Assembly (NCBI GenBank): GCA_964626565.1
Contig: CAZVFX010000003.1
Location: 45,906-109,905, forward strand
Origin: an uncultured Myxococcales bacterium
Lineage (GTDB): Bacteria; Myxococcota_A; UBA9042; CAIXZC01
DNA length: 64,000 nucleotides
Reading direction: 5' to 3'
The position numbers and the translations under genes are program-made. The notes below the pieces were generated by a model, which saw only the letters and a list, made by a program, of their open reading frames with translations, searched no databases and was not told the DNA's origin. This document shows, in pieces, positions 55,041-64,000 of the stretch; the stretch's first letter is position 1; the number at the start of each line of letters is the position of its first letter.

Positions 55041-56057
55041 ATGGCAGGTGATGGTTGCATAGCCATGGTGCTGGCGGCCGGCTTCGGCAGCCGGTTGGAA
55101 CCTTTCAGCAGTAAATACCCCAAACCGCTGCTCCCTTTCTTCGACGTTCCTCTCATCGACTACACGCTGTTCAAGTTGGCCCGCTCAGGCATCAAGACCA
55201 TAGTCGTCAATCTTCACCATCGGGCCGAGGTCCTCCAGCCACACTTGGACGCCGCGGCCCAGCGGCTGAACACCGAGTTCGGCGTCACCCTGCACCTCTC
55301 CTTCGAGGAGGAAATCCTGGGCACCGGTGGAGGGCTGGCCCGGGCGAAAAAGTTCTACGACGGCAGCTCGCTGTTGGTGGTGAACTCCGATATCTTCTTT
55401 GATTTCCACCTTCCCGACCTGCTCTCCTATCATCGTCAAACCGGCGCCTCGGCAACCGCCTTGCTCCACGACGGCAGCGGACTGGAGCACCTGCGCAGCA
55501 CTTTGACCGATGACCGGGGCCGCATCATCTCCATCGGGAAGGCCGACCCGCAAAACGCGTCCAAGGGCGTCTTTGCCGGGGTATATCTGCTGGAGCCGGA
55601 GGTATATCGCCTGCTGCCGAATCGAAAGTGCTCGGTCATCGACGCAGGTTTCCGGCCGGCCATGCGGTCAGGACTGCCGGTTCAAGGATGCCGTCGCTTT
55701 TTCAACTGGCAGGATCTGGGCACGTGGCGCGGCCTGTCTTCGGCTGTGTTTGCGGTGCTGAACACGGGCAGCCTGTCGGCTTTGGCTGAGGGCCCGTATC
55801 GAGAGGTGCTGCAACTGTCTCCCGGGCGGTTCATCTTCGAGAGCGGCGAAGCCGGGATCACACCCCCGGCGTACATCGGCCCCGGAGTCCAAATCCCGGA
55901 GCAGTCGGCCGCCGGCCCCACGGTCGCGGTTTGCTCCGGAAGCCGCGTCCAGCCGGGCGCCACACTGTCTGGTTCCCTGTTGCTTCCGGGAAGCGTCGCT
56001 GAAGGGCGAATTGCGGACTCCATCCTGTGGGAAGGGTGGTCCACTCTTCTTACTTAA
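55041..56057 (+). CDS. Sugar-phosphate nucleotidyltransferase (NTP_transferase N-domain plus C-terminal left-handed beta-helix)
   Basis: MVLAAGFGSRLEPFSSKYPKPLLP is the nucleotidyltransferase G-loop/PKP motif. The 338-aa length is like GlmU/GMPP/MurU-type enzymes. Confidence 0.7.
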   Translation: MAGDGCIAMVLAAGFGSRLEPFSSKYPKPLLPFFDVPLIDYTLFKLARSGIKTIVVNLHHRAEVLQPHLDAAAQRLNTEFGVTLHLSFEEEILGTGGGLARAKKFYDGSSLLVVNSDIFFDFHLPDLLSYHRQTGASATALLHDGSGLEHLRSTLTDDRGRIISIGKADPQNASKGVFAGVYLLEPEVYRLLPNRKCSVIDAGFRPAMRSGLPVQGCRRFFNWQDLGTWRGLSSAVFAVLNTGSLSALAEGPYREVLQLSPGRFIFESGEAGITPPAYIGPGVQIPEQSAAGPTVAVCSGSRVQPGATLSGSLLLPGSVAEGRIADSILWEGWSTLLT

Positions 56058-56157
56058 AGTCTACATTGGTTTGTTGTTGAACGTCATCTCGAAACACGCT
56101 ACATTAGCCGATAAGTAACCTTGATAAGTTTGGGGACGTTTCTCAAAAGGAACCGCA

Positions 56158-59100
56158 ATGAGTAGAAAAAAACAACTGTTCGACAAGCTCAAAGATGCAC
56201 CCACCGATCGCTCCGCGTTGGACAACCTGGTGGGGTTCTTTGCCCGTCGTGGTGAGTTCCAGGAGTTGTACGAAGGGCTACAGGAGATGGTCGAAGGATT
56301 CAGCGACCATGCGACTGTGGAGGCTTTTCGCAAGTTGCTTGTGGACATCACCCGGCGGCACCTGGACTCCACCACCGATACGGTGCTGGCGGCAAACTTG
56401 AAGCTGAGACTCGCCAGCCTGCTTTTCGAGCAGATGGGAGAAACCCGTGATGCGTTGATCCTGGTCACGGAGGCGTTCGAGCAGATACCGTCTGATGAAG
56501 TGGCCCAGCGGGCGCTGGACATGCTCAAGAAGATGAAGATGCCGCTGTTTGAGGTCCAGCTTCTTCGCCAGAAGGCGTTGAGCGAAGACGGCACCGACAA
56601 GAAGGCGGACACGTTACTCCAGTTGGGCCATTCGGCCCTCAATTGCGACAAGGTACACGAAGCCCGCAAGGCCTTCGAGGAGCTGTCTCTTTACTCCGAG
56701 GCATGGGCCGAAAAAGGGCAGGAAGGCCTCAAGCTCGTAGATAACGCAGAAAAGGAACTGGCCGAAGGAATCGCAGAGCTGGAGAAGGCCATCCCGGAGG
56801 CCACCGATGTGGAGCGGCCGCTCCTGAAACAAAAATTGGGCCGGCTGTACGTCTCCCGGGGAGAATTTGACGAGGGGATCGCACTGCTGGAAGAGGTTGT
56901 GGACCACGAGTCTTCGGACGAAGGAATCATCGAGTTGGTCTCTGCCTACAAGGAAAGCGAGCACTGGCAACGGCTCATCAACCTTTGCGACCAGTTTGCC
57001 GACCAGGTCAAGTCTAAGGAGGTCCGCAAAGAGCTCTACAAGGAGCGGGTACGGGTGTTCGTACAGCGATTCGAGGATCGCGACAGCGGATTCGCCGCGA
57101 TGGAAGAGCTCTATTCGCGGTTCCCGGGCGTCTCAGACGTAGTGGAGTTCTGCGCTCAGACATACTCGACCTACGAAGACTACGAAGGGCTCGCCGAATT
57201 GCTGGGACGCGCCCGCCGCGACACCAAGAACCGCGACCAGGAACGGCGCTACCTGGAATGGGAAGCGTCGATTCGGTGGCACAAGCTGGATCAGCTTGAC
57301 GACGCCGAGAAGTTGTACCGGCGCATCAAGTCCATCGACCCGCGCAACGAAGCTGCACTCCTGTTCTACGAGAAGTTCTGCCTTGATAAGGGCGATTTCC
57401 GGAAGCTCTATTCAACCCTGTCTACACGGCAGAGCCTGGTGCCGGACCGCCAGAAGGTTGCCATACTCAAGAACATGGCGGAGATAGCTCGGGACCATCT
57501 CAGTTCCCCGGACCGGGCCATCGACTCGCTGAAGAAGGTCCTCGTCCTGCTGCCCGAGGACGAAGCCGCATTCACCGACCTGGCGACCCTGCTTGAAGAG
57601 ACCAAGCGTTGGCACGCAGTTATCGAACTGTACACCTCCCGAGCCGAACGGCTGCCGGAGGAAGAGGCCGACGAAAAACTGGAGTTGCTGCGCAAGACTC
57701 TGGACATCTATTCGTCCAAAGACAAGCTGCCTGTTCCGGAGATGGTGGTCACCGTCTACCGCAAGATCCTGCAAATCGACCCCCAGAACCGAGAGGCTCT
57801 GGACGCCCTGGGCGACTACTATCAGAGCAATCGCCGCTGGAGCGAGCTTACCGACGTGCTGGAGAAGAAAGCCGCACTGGAAGACGACAGCACCCGCAAG
57901 ATGGAGTTGCACCGGGAGATTGCCGAAATCCTCATTGAATACCAGCACCAGGAAGGCGCAGCCATACCGCACCTGGAACAGGTCGTAGAACTGGCGCCCA
58001 AAGACAGCCAGGCTATGGGCCTGCTGGCTCGAGCCTACCGCAGTCGGGGTGAATTCGAAAAGTTCTTCGAAATCGGCCAGCAGCAGTTGACCATGGTGAA
58101 GGGGAAGGAACGCACGGAACTCCTCGAGGAACTATCCACCATTGCCTTGGAGAGGCTCCAGGCCGACGAGGACGCTGCCAACCTGCTGGAGCAGTTGGTC
58201 GCATCGGCCCCAAAACATCCGTGGGCATTCAGAAGACTTAGCCAGCTATATACCAAGCTGGAGCGATTCGACGAGCTCGCTGAGCTTCTCGGCCGCGGCG
58301 TCGAGAAGGCGAGCACTGCAAACCAGAAGCGGGAGATGCGGGAGAAGCTGGGGCAACTGCTGGCCGAAAGGCTCGGCAGGTTCGACGAAGCCCGCAGCAT
58401 CTTCCTGGAACTGTTGGACGAGAACCCGACCAACCGGCAGGCAAAGCAGTCCCTTCACCGATTGCTGGCCCAAGCGGGCGAGTTTGCCGAACTGGAAGAC
58501 ATGTTCACCCAGGACAACAACCTTCCCGGCCTGGTCCGCTTCCTCGACGAATATCGTCACAAGGAAACCGACCTGGAGCGAGTGAAGTCCGCGGGTCTCG
58601 AGATGGTGCGTATTTCGGACCATTTGCTCAACGACAAACCTCGGGCCAGGCAGCTCCTCGAAACGCTTCTGGAGCAGTTGCCGGATGATGCCGAGGTTGC
58701 TCGGACCCTGTTGGGCTACTATCCGAAAAAACGGGCGGACATGGACGTCGCCCGGGCCCTGGGCGTCATCGCAGACAACACCGACGGCTCGGAAGCAAGA
58801 GAGGCGGCATTCAAGTTGTCCGACGTACTGGAGCGCATCGGCGAATTCGAGGCGAGCTACACCAGAACTCTCGGCCTCTTTCTCGAGGACGTTCGGGGCG
58901 GGGATCTGGATCTCCTCGAATCTCTTATCGACCGTGCGGAAAAGGCCGACACTCTGGAAGATTTCTCGTCGGTGGTCGTTGAACTGCTGGACGAAGATCT
59001 GGAGAGTGCGATTCGAGTTGAACTGGCTATCCAGGTTGCCGACGTGCACAAGTCCCGGCTGAAGGATCAGGGCCGGGCCCGGGAACTGTTGCAATCGCAG

Positions 59101-62100
59101 TTGGAGCGCGAGCCCAGCTCTGTGGAGTTGCTGAAGCAGTTGGAGAAGATCTACACCGGGGCGGGCAACTGGGACGAGCTGGAAGGTGCGGTCAGAGCGC
59201 TGGCCGACCTCGCCATGGACGTAGACGACAAGAAGGAGGAGTTGTACAAACTCGCACGCCTCTACGAAGAGATCACCACCGACCAGGAAAAGGCGGTCGC
59301 AGTGTACGAGGAAATCCGGGAGACCGACCCCGGCGACTCCGAGGCCTATGCCGGACTCAAGCGGATGCTGGAGGAGTTGGAGCAGTGGGAAGAGATGGCC
59401 GGAGTGCTGGAAGATGAGTTGCAATTCGCGGACGACGAGCAGGCGCGGGAGAACCTCCTGCAACTGGCGAGCCTGTACGATGACCAGCTTGCAAACGCGG
59501 ACACCGCGGCCTCGTTCTGGCAGCAGGTAGTCGAACGGTGGCCTGATGACGGCGACGCCTGGGGCGAACTCGAACGTTACTTCAAGGAAGACGAAGCTCT
59601 GGAGCTGGTGGTGCCGCTGCTGGAGGCCCGATACGAAGGGGCCGAGGCGTGGGCCGAACTGGTGGATGTGCTGTCCAAGAAATCCCAGGTCTCCGATGAC
59701 GAAATGGAGAGGTTCGACACCCTGGGCCGGTGCGCCGAGATTCTGGGGGAGAAGTTGTCCAATCCCGGAGAGGCCTTCGGGTTCCTCACCCATATGGTCA
59801 CCATCAATCCTTCCGAGCCCGACCTGCTCGGACGTCTTGAAGCCACTGGCCGTGAAGGCGAAAAGCTCAACGAGCTGTTCGACATCTACAAGGGGTTGTT
59901 GGCAATCGGAGAGAGCGAGTTTTCGGCTTCGGAGCCCTTTGATGAAGGGCTGGAGATGGATGCCGCGCTGTCCCTGGCCGGACTGGCCCGTGAGTTGGAT
60001 GACAACGAAGTTGCAGTCGACGCACTCATGCGTGCCCGCGCTCACGCGCCGTCCGACCTGGCAATCTTCCAGCAACTGGAGGAACTGCTGGAGCAGCAAG
60101 AACGCCACGAAGAGCTGTTCGAGTTGCTGGTCGAGAAGAAAGATGCCGTCTGGGAGGAAGACGACAAGAAGGAACTGTACGTCCGGGTGGCAGATCTCCT
60201 CACCGCAAAACTGGACCGCGAAGAGGAATCTATCGAGTGGATAGAATTGCTGCAGGCCGCGGACGAAGCTGACCTCGAGGTCGCCGAGCGCCTCGAAGGC
60301 CTGTACCTCAAGTATGAGAAGTGGGACGAAGTCGCGTCCCTGTTGCGCTCCAAGCTGGCCCGCCTTGATGGGGACGAACGCCGCGGGGTCGCGTATCAAC
60401 TCGCAATCGTGTACCGGGACAACCTGGCTGACCTGGAGTCCGCGTACGAGATCCTGTCGGAAATCGTTGCTCAGGACGACTCCGACGAGATGTGCATCGA
60501 GGCGCTGTCGTTCATGCTGAAGATGAGCGAGGCCGAGGGCTACGACAGCGTGGCCCTGAAGGTAGTATCGGTGCTCGAGCCTATCGCCACCCAAGGGGAA
60601 AACTGGCAACTCCTGGCAGATGTGCTCGAAGTGAGGGCCGCCATGGCTCCCGAGCCCATCGACGCGGCAATGGCCTGGCATAATCTGGGGAGTCTGTACC
60701 GGGACCGGCTGGATGACGCGGGCCGGGCTTTCGACGCGATGGCCCGGGGAGTGGAGCAAGCGCCGGGTATCGACGAACTGCTGGCCGACCTGCTGTCCGA
60801 GGCCGAGGCCCAGGACCGGACCGGAGAAGCCATCGATGCCATCGAGAAGGGCATGGGCGGTATAGACGCGGCTGACGATGTCGCGCCACTGGCTGCGCTG
60901 GCTGCAACAGTGCGGAAGCACACCGACGACCTGGACAAGGCTGCGTTAGCCTACGAACGGCTCATCGAGCTGGCCCCCGAGAACCTCGACAACTACTGGG
61001 CTCTGGACGAAATCTACGAGCAATCGGAAAACACCGAGGGGCGGATCCGCGTGCTGGGTGACGTCGCAGACCGCCTGGAGGGCAAAGAGCAGGCGGACGC
61101 GTGCGTGACGCTGGCCGAGTTGCAGGTGGGCCGACAGGAGCGGGAGGACGCGGTGTTCTCCCTCAACCGGGCACTCACCAACCCCGACCTTCTCGACGAG
61201 AATCGCCGGGCCCTGGCGTTCCACCTCCTGGTAGACGCACTGGAGACCGAAGAGAACTGGTTCGACCTTTCGCAGGCGCTCATGGCGCAACTTCAGTTCG
61301 TGGATGACGCCGACGAGAAAAAGGCACTTCTCTTCCGCGCCGCCGGGCTGGAGGAAGAACAGCTCGGCAACCCGGAACGCGCGATCGAGCACTACTACTC
61401 CATAGTTGATGCCGACCCCACCGAGAACATGGCTACCGAGGCGCTGTATCGGCTCCTTGAGGCCACTTCCAGATTCGAGCAGTTGGAGCAACTCCTGGCC
61501 GGACAGGCGGAACTCACCGACAGTTTCGAAGGCAAGAAGGAGCTGCTGCTCCGGTTGGCCCGGGTGCGCTTGTTCGAATTGAGCAACCCTGACAGCGCGG
61601 TGGACGCCCTCGGTCGAATGGCGGATGAAGACGGTATCGGAGAGCCCGAGGTGGAACTGCTGGAGCAGGTGCTGGAGAGCTTCCCGGACAGCGGATTCCG
61701 CGCCTCCCAGTTGCTGGAGCAGGCTTACGAACGGAATACTGAGCACGAAAAACTGGCGGAGATCTACCGGGTACAAATCGACCGGTATGCCGAAGAGGTG
61801 GACCGGGTAGAACGATACCGGGATCTGGCCAGCCTTTACGAGGCGCACTTCTCCGATGTGGACACTGCGTTCCTGTACATCAGCCAGGCGTTCAAGCTTG
61901 AGCCCACGTCTGAGGCGATTCACGAACAGTTGGTGCAATACGCCCGGGAGCGAGGCAGCTTCGACGAGCTGTTTGATATCTACCTCGACGTACTGGTGCA
62001 GTTGGAAGAGGCCGAAAGCCGTAACAACCTGCGCTCCAAGATGGTGGGCATCTACCACGACGAGCTGAAGGACCTGGAGCACGCCGAGGTGATCTACCGG

Positions 62101-64000
62101 GACATGTTGGATGATGACCCGGGCCACGCCTATGCCATCGAGAAGTTGCAGGAGTTGTACCGTGAAACTGAAGCATGGGATAAGTTGGTGGACGTGCTGC
62201 GCACCAGCGCGGAGTCAACCCGTTCCGATAAGGCTCGGGTCGCAACGCTCTACGAAATCGCCGCAATCTACCGTGAAAGCACCGGAGACCTGGCTGAGGC
62301 GATGGACACCTACGAGCAGATCCTCGCCGCCGACCGTGGCCAGTGGGACGCCTATCGCGGCATTGAAAGCATCTATTTTGAAAAAGGGGACGTGCAAGGT
62401 GTGATCTCCTGCCTCAGGCGGGAAATCGACGCCCGGGAGGAACCGGAAGAACGACGCGAGGTTCAGCTTCGCCTGGCCGCAATTCAGTTCACGGAACTGC
62501 AGGAGTACGACCCGGCGGTGGAAGAGATTGCCAACATCCTGGTCGAGGAACCCGAAGACGAAGGGGCCCTGGAGCTGTTGCGTGAAATCGTTGACCAGTG
62601 GGAAGAGCCGTCGGAGCCGGCCATCGACTTGCTGGTCTCCGCTCACACCGGCAAGGAAGAGTGGGACGCCCTGGTCGGGCTTTACCAGGCCCTCGCAGGC
62701 AGAGCCCAGGGGCAAGAGGAAAAACGGGAGTGGTTGTCCCGCATCTACGACGTTCGTACGACGTACCAGTCGGACGCCACTGGGGCTTACGCCGCGTGCA
62801 AGATCATGGTCGCACTGGACCCCGCCGACGGCGAACGGCTCAATCTCCTGGTGCAACACGCAGTGGAAATCGACGATATCAAGGACCTGGTCTCGTTCCT
62901 GGGTTCGACGCTGGAGGACGACCGGGTTGCGGGAACCGATCTGGAACCCGATCTTCGCTTCCTTCTCGGCAGCGTGCTGCAAGGCCATGCCGACGACAAC
63001 CAGGGAGCTGCTGATCAGTTCGAGAAGGTGGCCGAAAGCGAACACCCGACCCTGGCTCCCGATGCACGGCGTCTGCTGAGGACCCTGTATCCGGAGTTGG
63101 AATCCTGGGACCAGTATGTCGCATTGTTGGAGACACTTAGCACCGAAGCCCCCGACCCCATGGAGCGCAAGCAACTCCTGCTGGAAGCGGGCGGAGTGGC
63201 GGCCGACACCCTCAAAGATGATGACAAGGCGTTGGAACTGTTCGCCACCCTTGCTGACGAGTTCCCCGACGATACCGAATGTCTCGACCCCTATGAGCAG
63301 ATTCTCACTCGCCTCAAGCAGGTGGAAGACTTGGAGGCCCTGCTACGTCAGCGGGTGGACATGACCGCCGATGAAGGAGAGCGGGCCGCAGTGCGGTTGC
63401 GCCTGGGTAGCCTGGTGCTCGCACAGGACGACCGCACCTCGGAAGGGGTGGACGAATTGCTCATGGCGCTGCAGGAGACTCGAGAACTGCCGGTGCTGTG
63501 GACCATTCTCGAGAGCCTCATGGGCTCAGACGACAGCCCGGAGGAAGACCGCACTCGTATCGCCCGGGCACTTCTGGACGCCTACCCGGATGACACCGAG
63601 GCAGCCAAGGTGTCGGCCGCACTGGAGACCCAGTTGAGCCTCGAGGAAGACGAAGATGAGTCCAACCGCCTCCACTTGCAACTGGCCGAACTCCACGAAG
63701 GGGGAGAGGATGCGGAAAAGGCGTTCTTCCACTACTCCCAATCGCTAAAGCTGTATCCCGGCGCCGGCAAGGTCGAAAAGAAGCTTCGGAAACTGGCCAA
63801 GGGTGCCTCCCTGCACGCTGAACACCGGGATCTCCTGGTGGACCTGGTAGGCCTTGTGGACGACGAAACGCTGCAAGCTCGATACCTGTTGGAAGCTGCC
63901 GGGCTCGAGCGAGGCGAACTGGCCTCCGCAGATAGCGCTGCGGCTCTCTACGAAAAGGTGCTCGAACTCGACCCCGCGAACAAGGAGTCTCTCGGCGAAC
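56158..64000 (+). CDS. Giant (>2610 aa, 3' partial; runs off the window) acidic helical-repeat (TPR-like) protein; absent from the ORF track, presumably because no stop lies within the window
   Basis: Manual translation from ATG 56158 (RBS AAAGGA) in frame 1 is open to the window end. The product is Leu/Glu/Asp/Ala-rich with recurring ~34-40-aa units (…A..LY….G.W.E….). No + strand ORFs are listed in this frame across 56158-64000, and the listed minus-strand ORFs here are low-complexity antisense artefacts. Confidence 0.7.
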   Translation, partial: MSRKKQLFDKLKDAPTDRSALDNLVGFFARRGEFQELYEGLQEMVEGFSDHATVEAFRKLLVDITRRHLDSTTDTVLAANLKLRLASLLFEQMGETRDALILVTEAFEQIPSDEVAQRALDMLKKMKMPLFEVQLLRQKALSEDGTDKKADTLLQLGHSALNCDKVHEARKAFEELSLYSEAWAEKGQEGLKLVDNAEKELAEGIAELEKAIPEATDVERPLLKQKLGRLYVSRGEFDEGIALLEEVVDHESSDEGIIELVSAYKESEHWQRLINLCDQFADQVKSKEVRKELYKERVRVFVQRFEDRDSGFAAMEELYSRFPGVSDVVEFCAQTYSTYEDYEGLAELLGRARRDTKNRDQERRYLEWEASIRWHKLDQLDDAEKLYRRIKSIDPRNEAALLFYEKFCLDKGDFRKLYSTLSTRQSLVPDRQKVAILKNMAEIARDHLSSPDRAIDSLKKVLVLLPEDEAAFTDLATLLEETKRWHAVIELYTSRAERLPEEEADEKLELLRKTLDIYSSKDKLPVPEMVVTVYRKILQIDPQNREALDALGDYYQSNRRWSELTDVLEKKAALEDDSTRKMELHREIAEILIEYQHQEGAAIPHLEQVVELAPKDSQAMGLLARAYRSRGEFEKFFEIGQQQLTMVKGKERTELLEELSTIALERLQADEDAANLLEQLVASAPKHPWAFRRLSQLYTKLERFDELAELLGRGVEKASTANQKREMREKLGQLLAERLGRFDEARSIFLELLDENPTNRQAKQSLHRLLAQAGEFAELEDMFTQDNNLPGLVRFLDEYRHKETDLERVKSAGLEMVRISDHLLNDKPRARQLLETLLEQLPDDAEVARTLLGYYPKKRADMDVARALGVIADNTDGSEAREAAFKLSDVLERIGEFEASYTRTLGLFLEDVRGGDLDLLESLIDRAEKADTLEDFSSVVVELLDEDLESAIRVELAIQVADVHKSRLKDQGRARELLQSQLEREPSSVELLKQLEKIYTGAGNWDELEGAVRALADLAMDVDDKKEELYKLARLYEEITTDQEKAVAVYEEIRETDPGDSEAYAGLKRMLEELEQWEEMAGVLEDELQFADDEQARENLLQLASLYDDQLANADTAASFWQQVVERWPDDGDAWGELERYFKEDEALELVVPLLEARYEGAEAWAELVDVLSKKSQVSDDEMERFDTLGRCAEILGEKLSNPGEAFGFLTHMVTINPSEPDLLGRLEATGREGEKLNELFDIYKGLLAIGESEFSASEPFDEGLEMDAALSLAGLARELDDNEVAVDALMRARAHAPSDLAIFQQLEELLEQQERHEELFELLVEKKDAVWEEDDKKELYVRVADLLTAKLDREEESIEWIELLQAADEADLEVAERLEGLYLKYEKWDEVASLLRSKLARLDGDERRGVAYQLAIVYRDNLADLESAYEILSEIVAQDDSDEMCIEALSFMLKMSEAEGYDSVALKVVSVLEPIATQGENWQLLADVLEVRAAMAPEPIDAAMAWHNLGSLYRDRLDDAGRAFDAMARGVEQAPGIDELLADLLSEAEAQDRTGEAIDAIEKGMGGIDAADDVAPLAALAATVRKHTDDLDKAALAYERLIELAPENLDNYWALDEIYEQSENTEGRIRVLGDVADRLEGKEQADACVTLAELQVGRQEREDAVFSLNRALTNPDLLDENRRALAFHLLVDALETEENWFDLSQALMAQLQFVDDADEKKALLFRAAGLEEEQLGNPERAIEHYYSIVDADPTENMATEALYRLLEATSRFEQLEQLLAGQAELTDSFEGKKELLLRLARVRLFELSNPDSAVDALGRMADEDGIGEPEVELLEQVLESFPDSGFRASQLLEQAYERNTEHEKLAEIYRVQIDRYAEEVDRVERYRDLASLYEAHFSDVDTAFLYISQAFKLEPTSEAIHEQLVQYARERGSFDELFDIYLDVLVQLEEAESRNNLRSKMVGIYHDELKDLEHAEVIYRDMLDDDPGHAYAIEKLQELYRETEAWDKLVDVLRTSAESTRSDKARVATLYEIAAIYRESTGDLAEAMDTYEQILAADRGQWDAYRGIESIYFEKGDVQGVISCLRREIDAREEPEERREVQLRLAAIQFTELQEYDPAVEEIANILVEEPEDEGALELLREIVDQWEEPSEPAIDLLVSAHTGKEEWDALVGLYQALAGRAQGQEEKREWLSRIYDVRTTYQSDATGAYAACKIMVALDPADGERLNLLVQHAVEIDDIKDLVSFLGSTLEDDRVAGTDLEPDLRFLLGSVLQGHADDNQGAADQFEKVAESEHPTLAPDARRLLRTLYPELESWDQYVALLETLSTEAPDPMERKQLLLEAGGVAADTLKDDDKALELFATLADEFPDDTECLDPYEQILTRLKQVEDLEALLRQRVDMTADEGERAAVRLRLGSLVLAQDDRTSEGVDELLMALQETRELPVLWTILESLMGSDDSPEEDRTRIARALLDAYPDDTEAAKVSAALETQLSLEEDEDESNRLHLQLAELHEGGEDAEKAFFHYSQSLKLYPGAGKVEKKLRKLAKGASLHAEHRDLLVDLVGLVDDETLQARYLLEAAGLERGELASADSAAALYEKVLELDPANKESLGE

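Noticed and set aside
58246-60921. 891-aa minus-strand ORF, plus minus-strand ORFs 60946..62127, 62215..63174, 57412..57972 and 56061..56669
   Set aside because: All are antisense to the continuous frame-1 plus-strand TPR-like giant ORF. Their translations are low-complexity Leu/Gln/Gly-rich with no motifs.
1-64000. CRISPR arrays, rRNA genes, IS elements or integrases
   Set aside because: No arrays of regularly spaced direct repeats were found, and no transposase or integrase-like ORFs. The only recurring repeats are protein-coding Cys repeats, the two 7-nt arrays and the duplicated intergenic element.

Overview
This is a high-GC window, probably from a deltaproteobacterial or myxobacteria-like genome, and it is densely coding. 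Its dominant theme is an unusual concentration of genes for cysteine-rich secreted lipoproteins: at least 11 in about 54 kb.

**Cysteine-rich lipoprotein family.**
- Five are giant paralogues (about 1250-1940 aa) that share a roughly 180-aa N-terminal Cys-rich module, each followed by MopE-like CxGxDxDCDGxxDE repeats.
- Their C-terminal regions differ: thrombospondin type-3-like Ca-binding repeats, a C-terminal fibrinogen-like domain, a 12x tandem ~105-aa Cys repeat, and beta-propeller-like ~50-aa repeats.
- One giant gene (34532..40138) is separated from a signal-less DUF1566 domain ORF by a single in-frame TAG.

**Other gene sets between them.**
- A RHH/MazF-type toxin-antitoxin pair with a near-consensus promoter and a perfect inverted-repeat operator.
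- A molybdoenzyme operon: ArsR-family regulator, PsrA/PhsA-like catalytic subunit, 4Fe-4S subunit, NrfD-like membrane subunit, then two YeeE/YedE transporters, one fused to a rhodanese domain.
- A selenophosphate synthetase (selD) with an in-frame UGA selenocysteine codon and a downstream hairpin, followed by a TauE/SafE permease and a LysR regulator.
- An amino-sugar-type operon: BadF-type kinase, GH4 glycosidase, DegT aminotransferase and PIG-L deacetylase.
- A Memo-like protein and a nucleotidyltransferase.
- A >2600-aa acidic TPR-like ORF that runs off the window end and is absent from the supplied ORF track.

**Non-coding observations.** There are two copies of a conserved ~75-nt GC-rich structured element, several near-consensus sigma70-like promoters with palindromic operators, two adjacent 7-nt tandem repeat arrays and a G10 homopolymer.

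No rRNA, tRNA or CRISPR array was recognised. Many long ORFs in the track are antisense artefacts of the high GC content.
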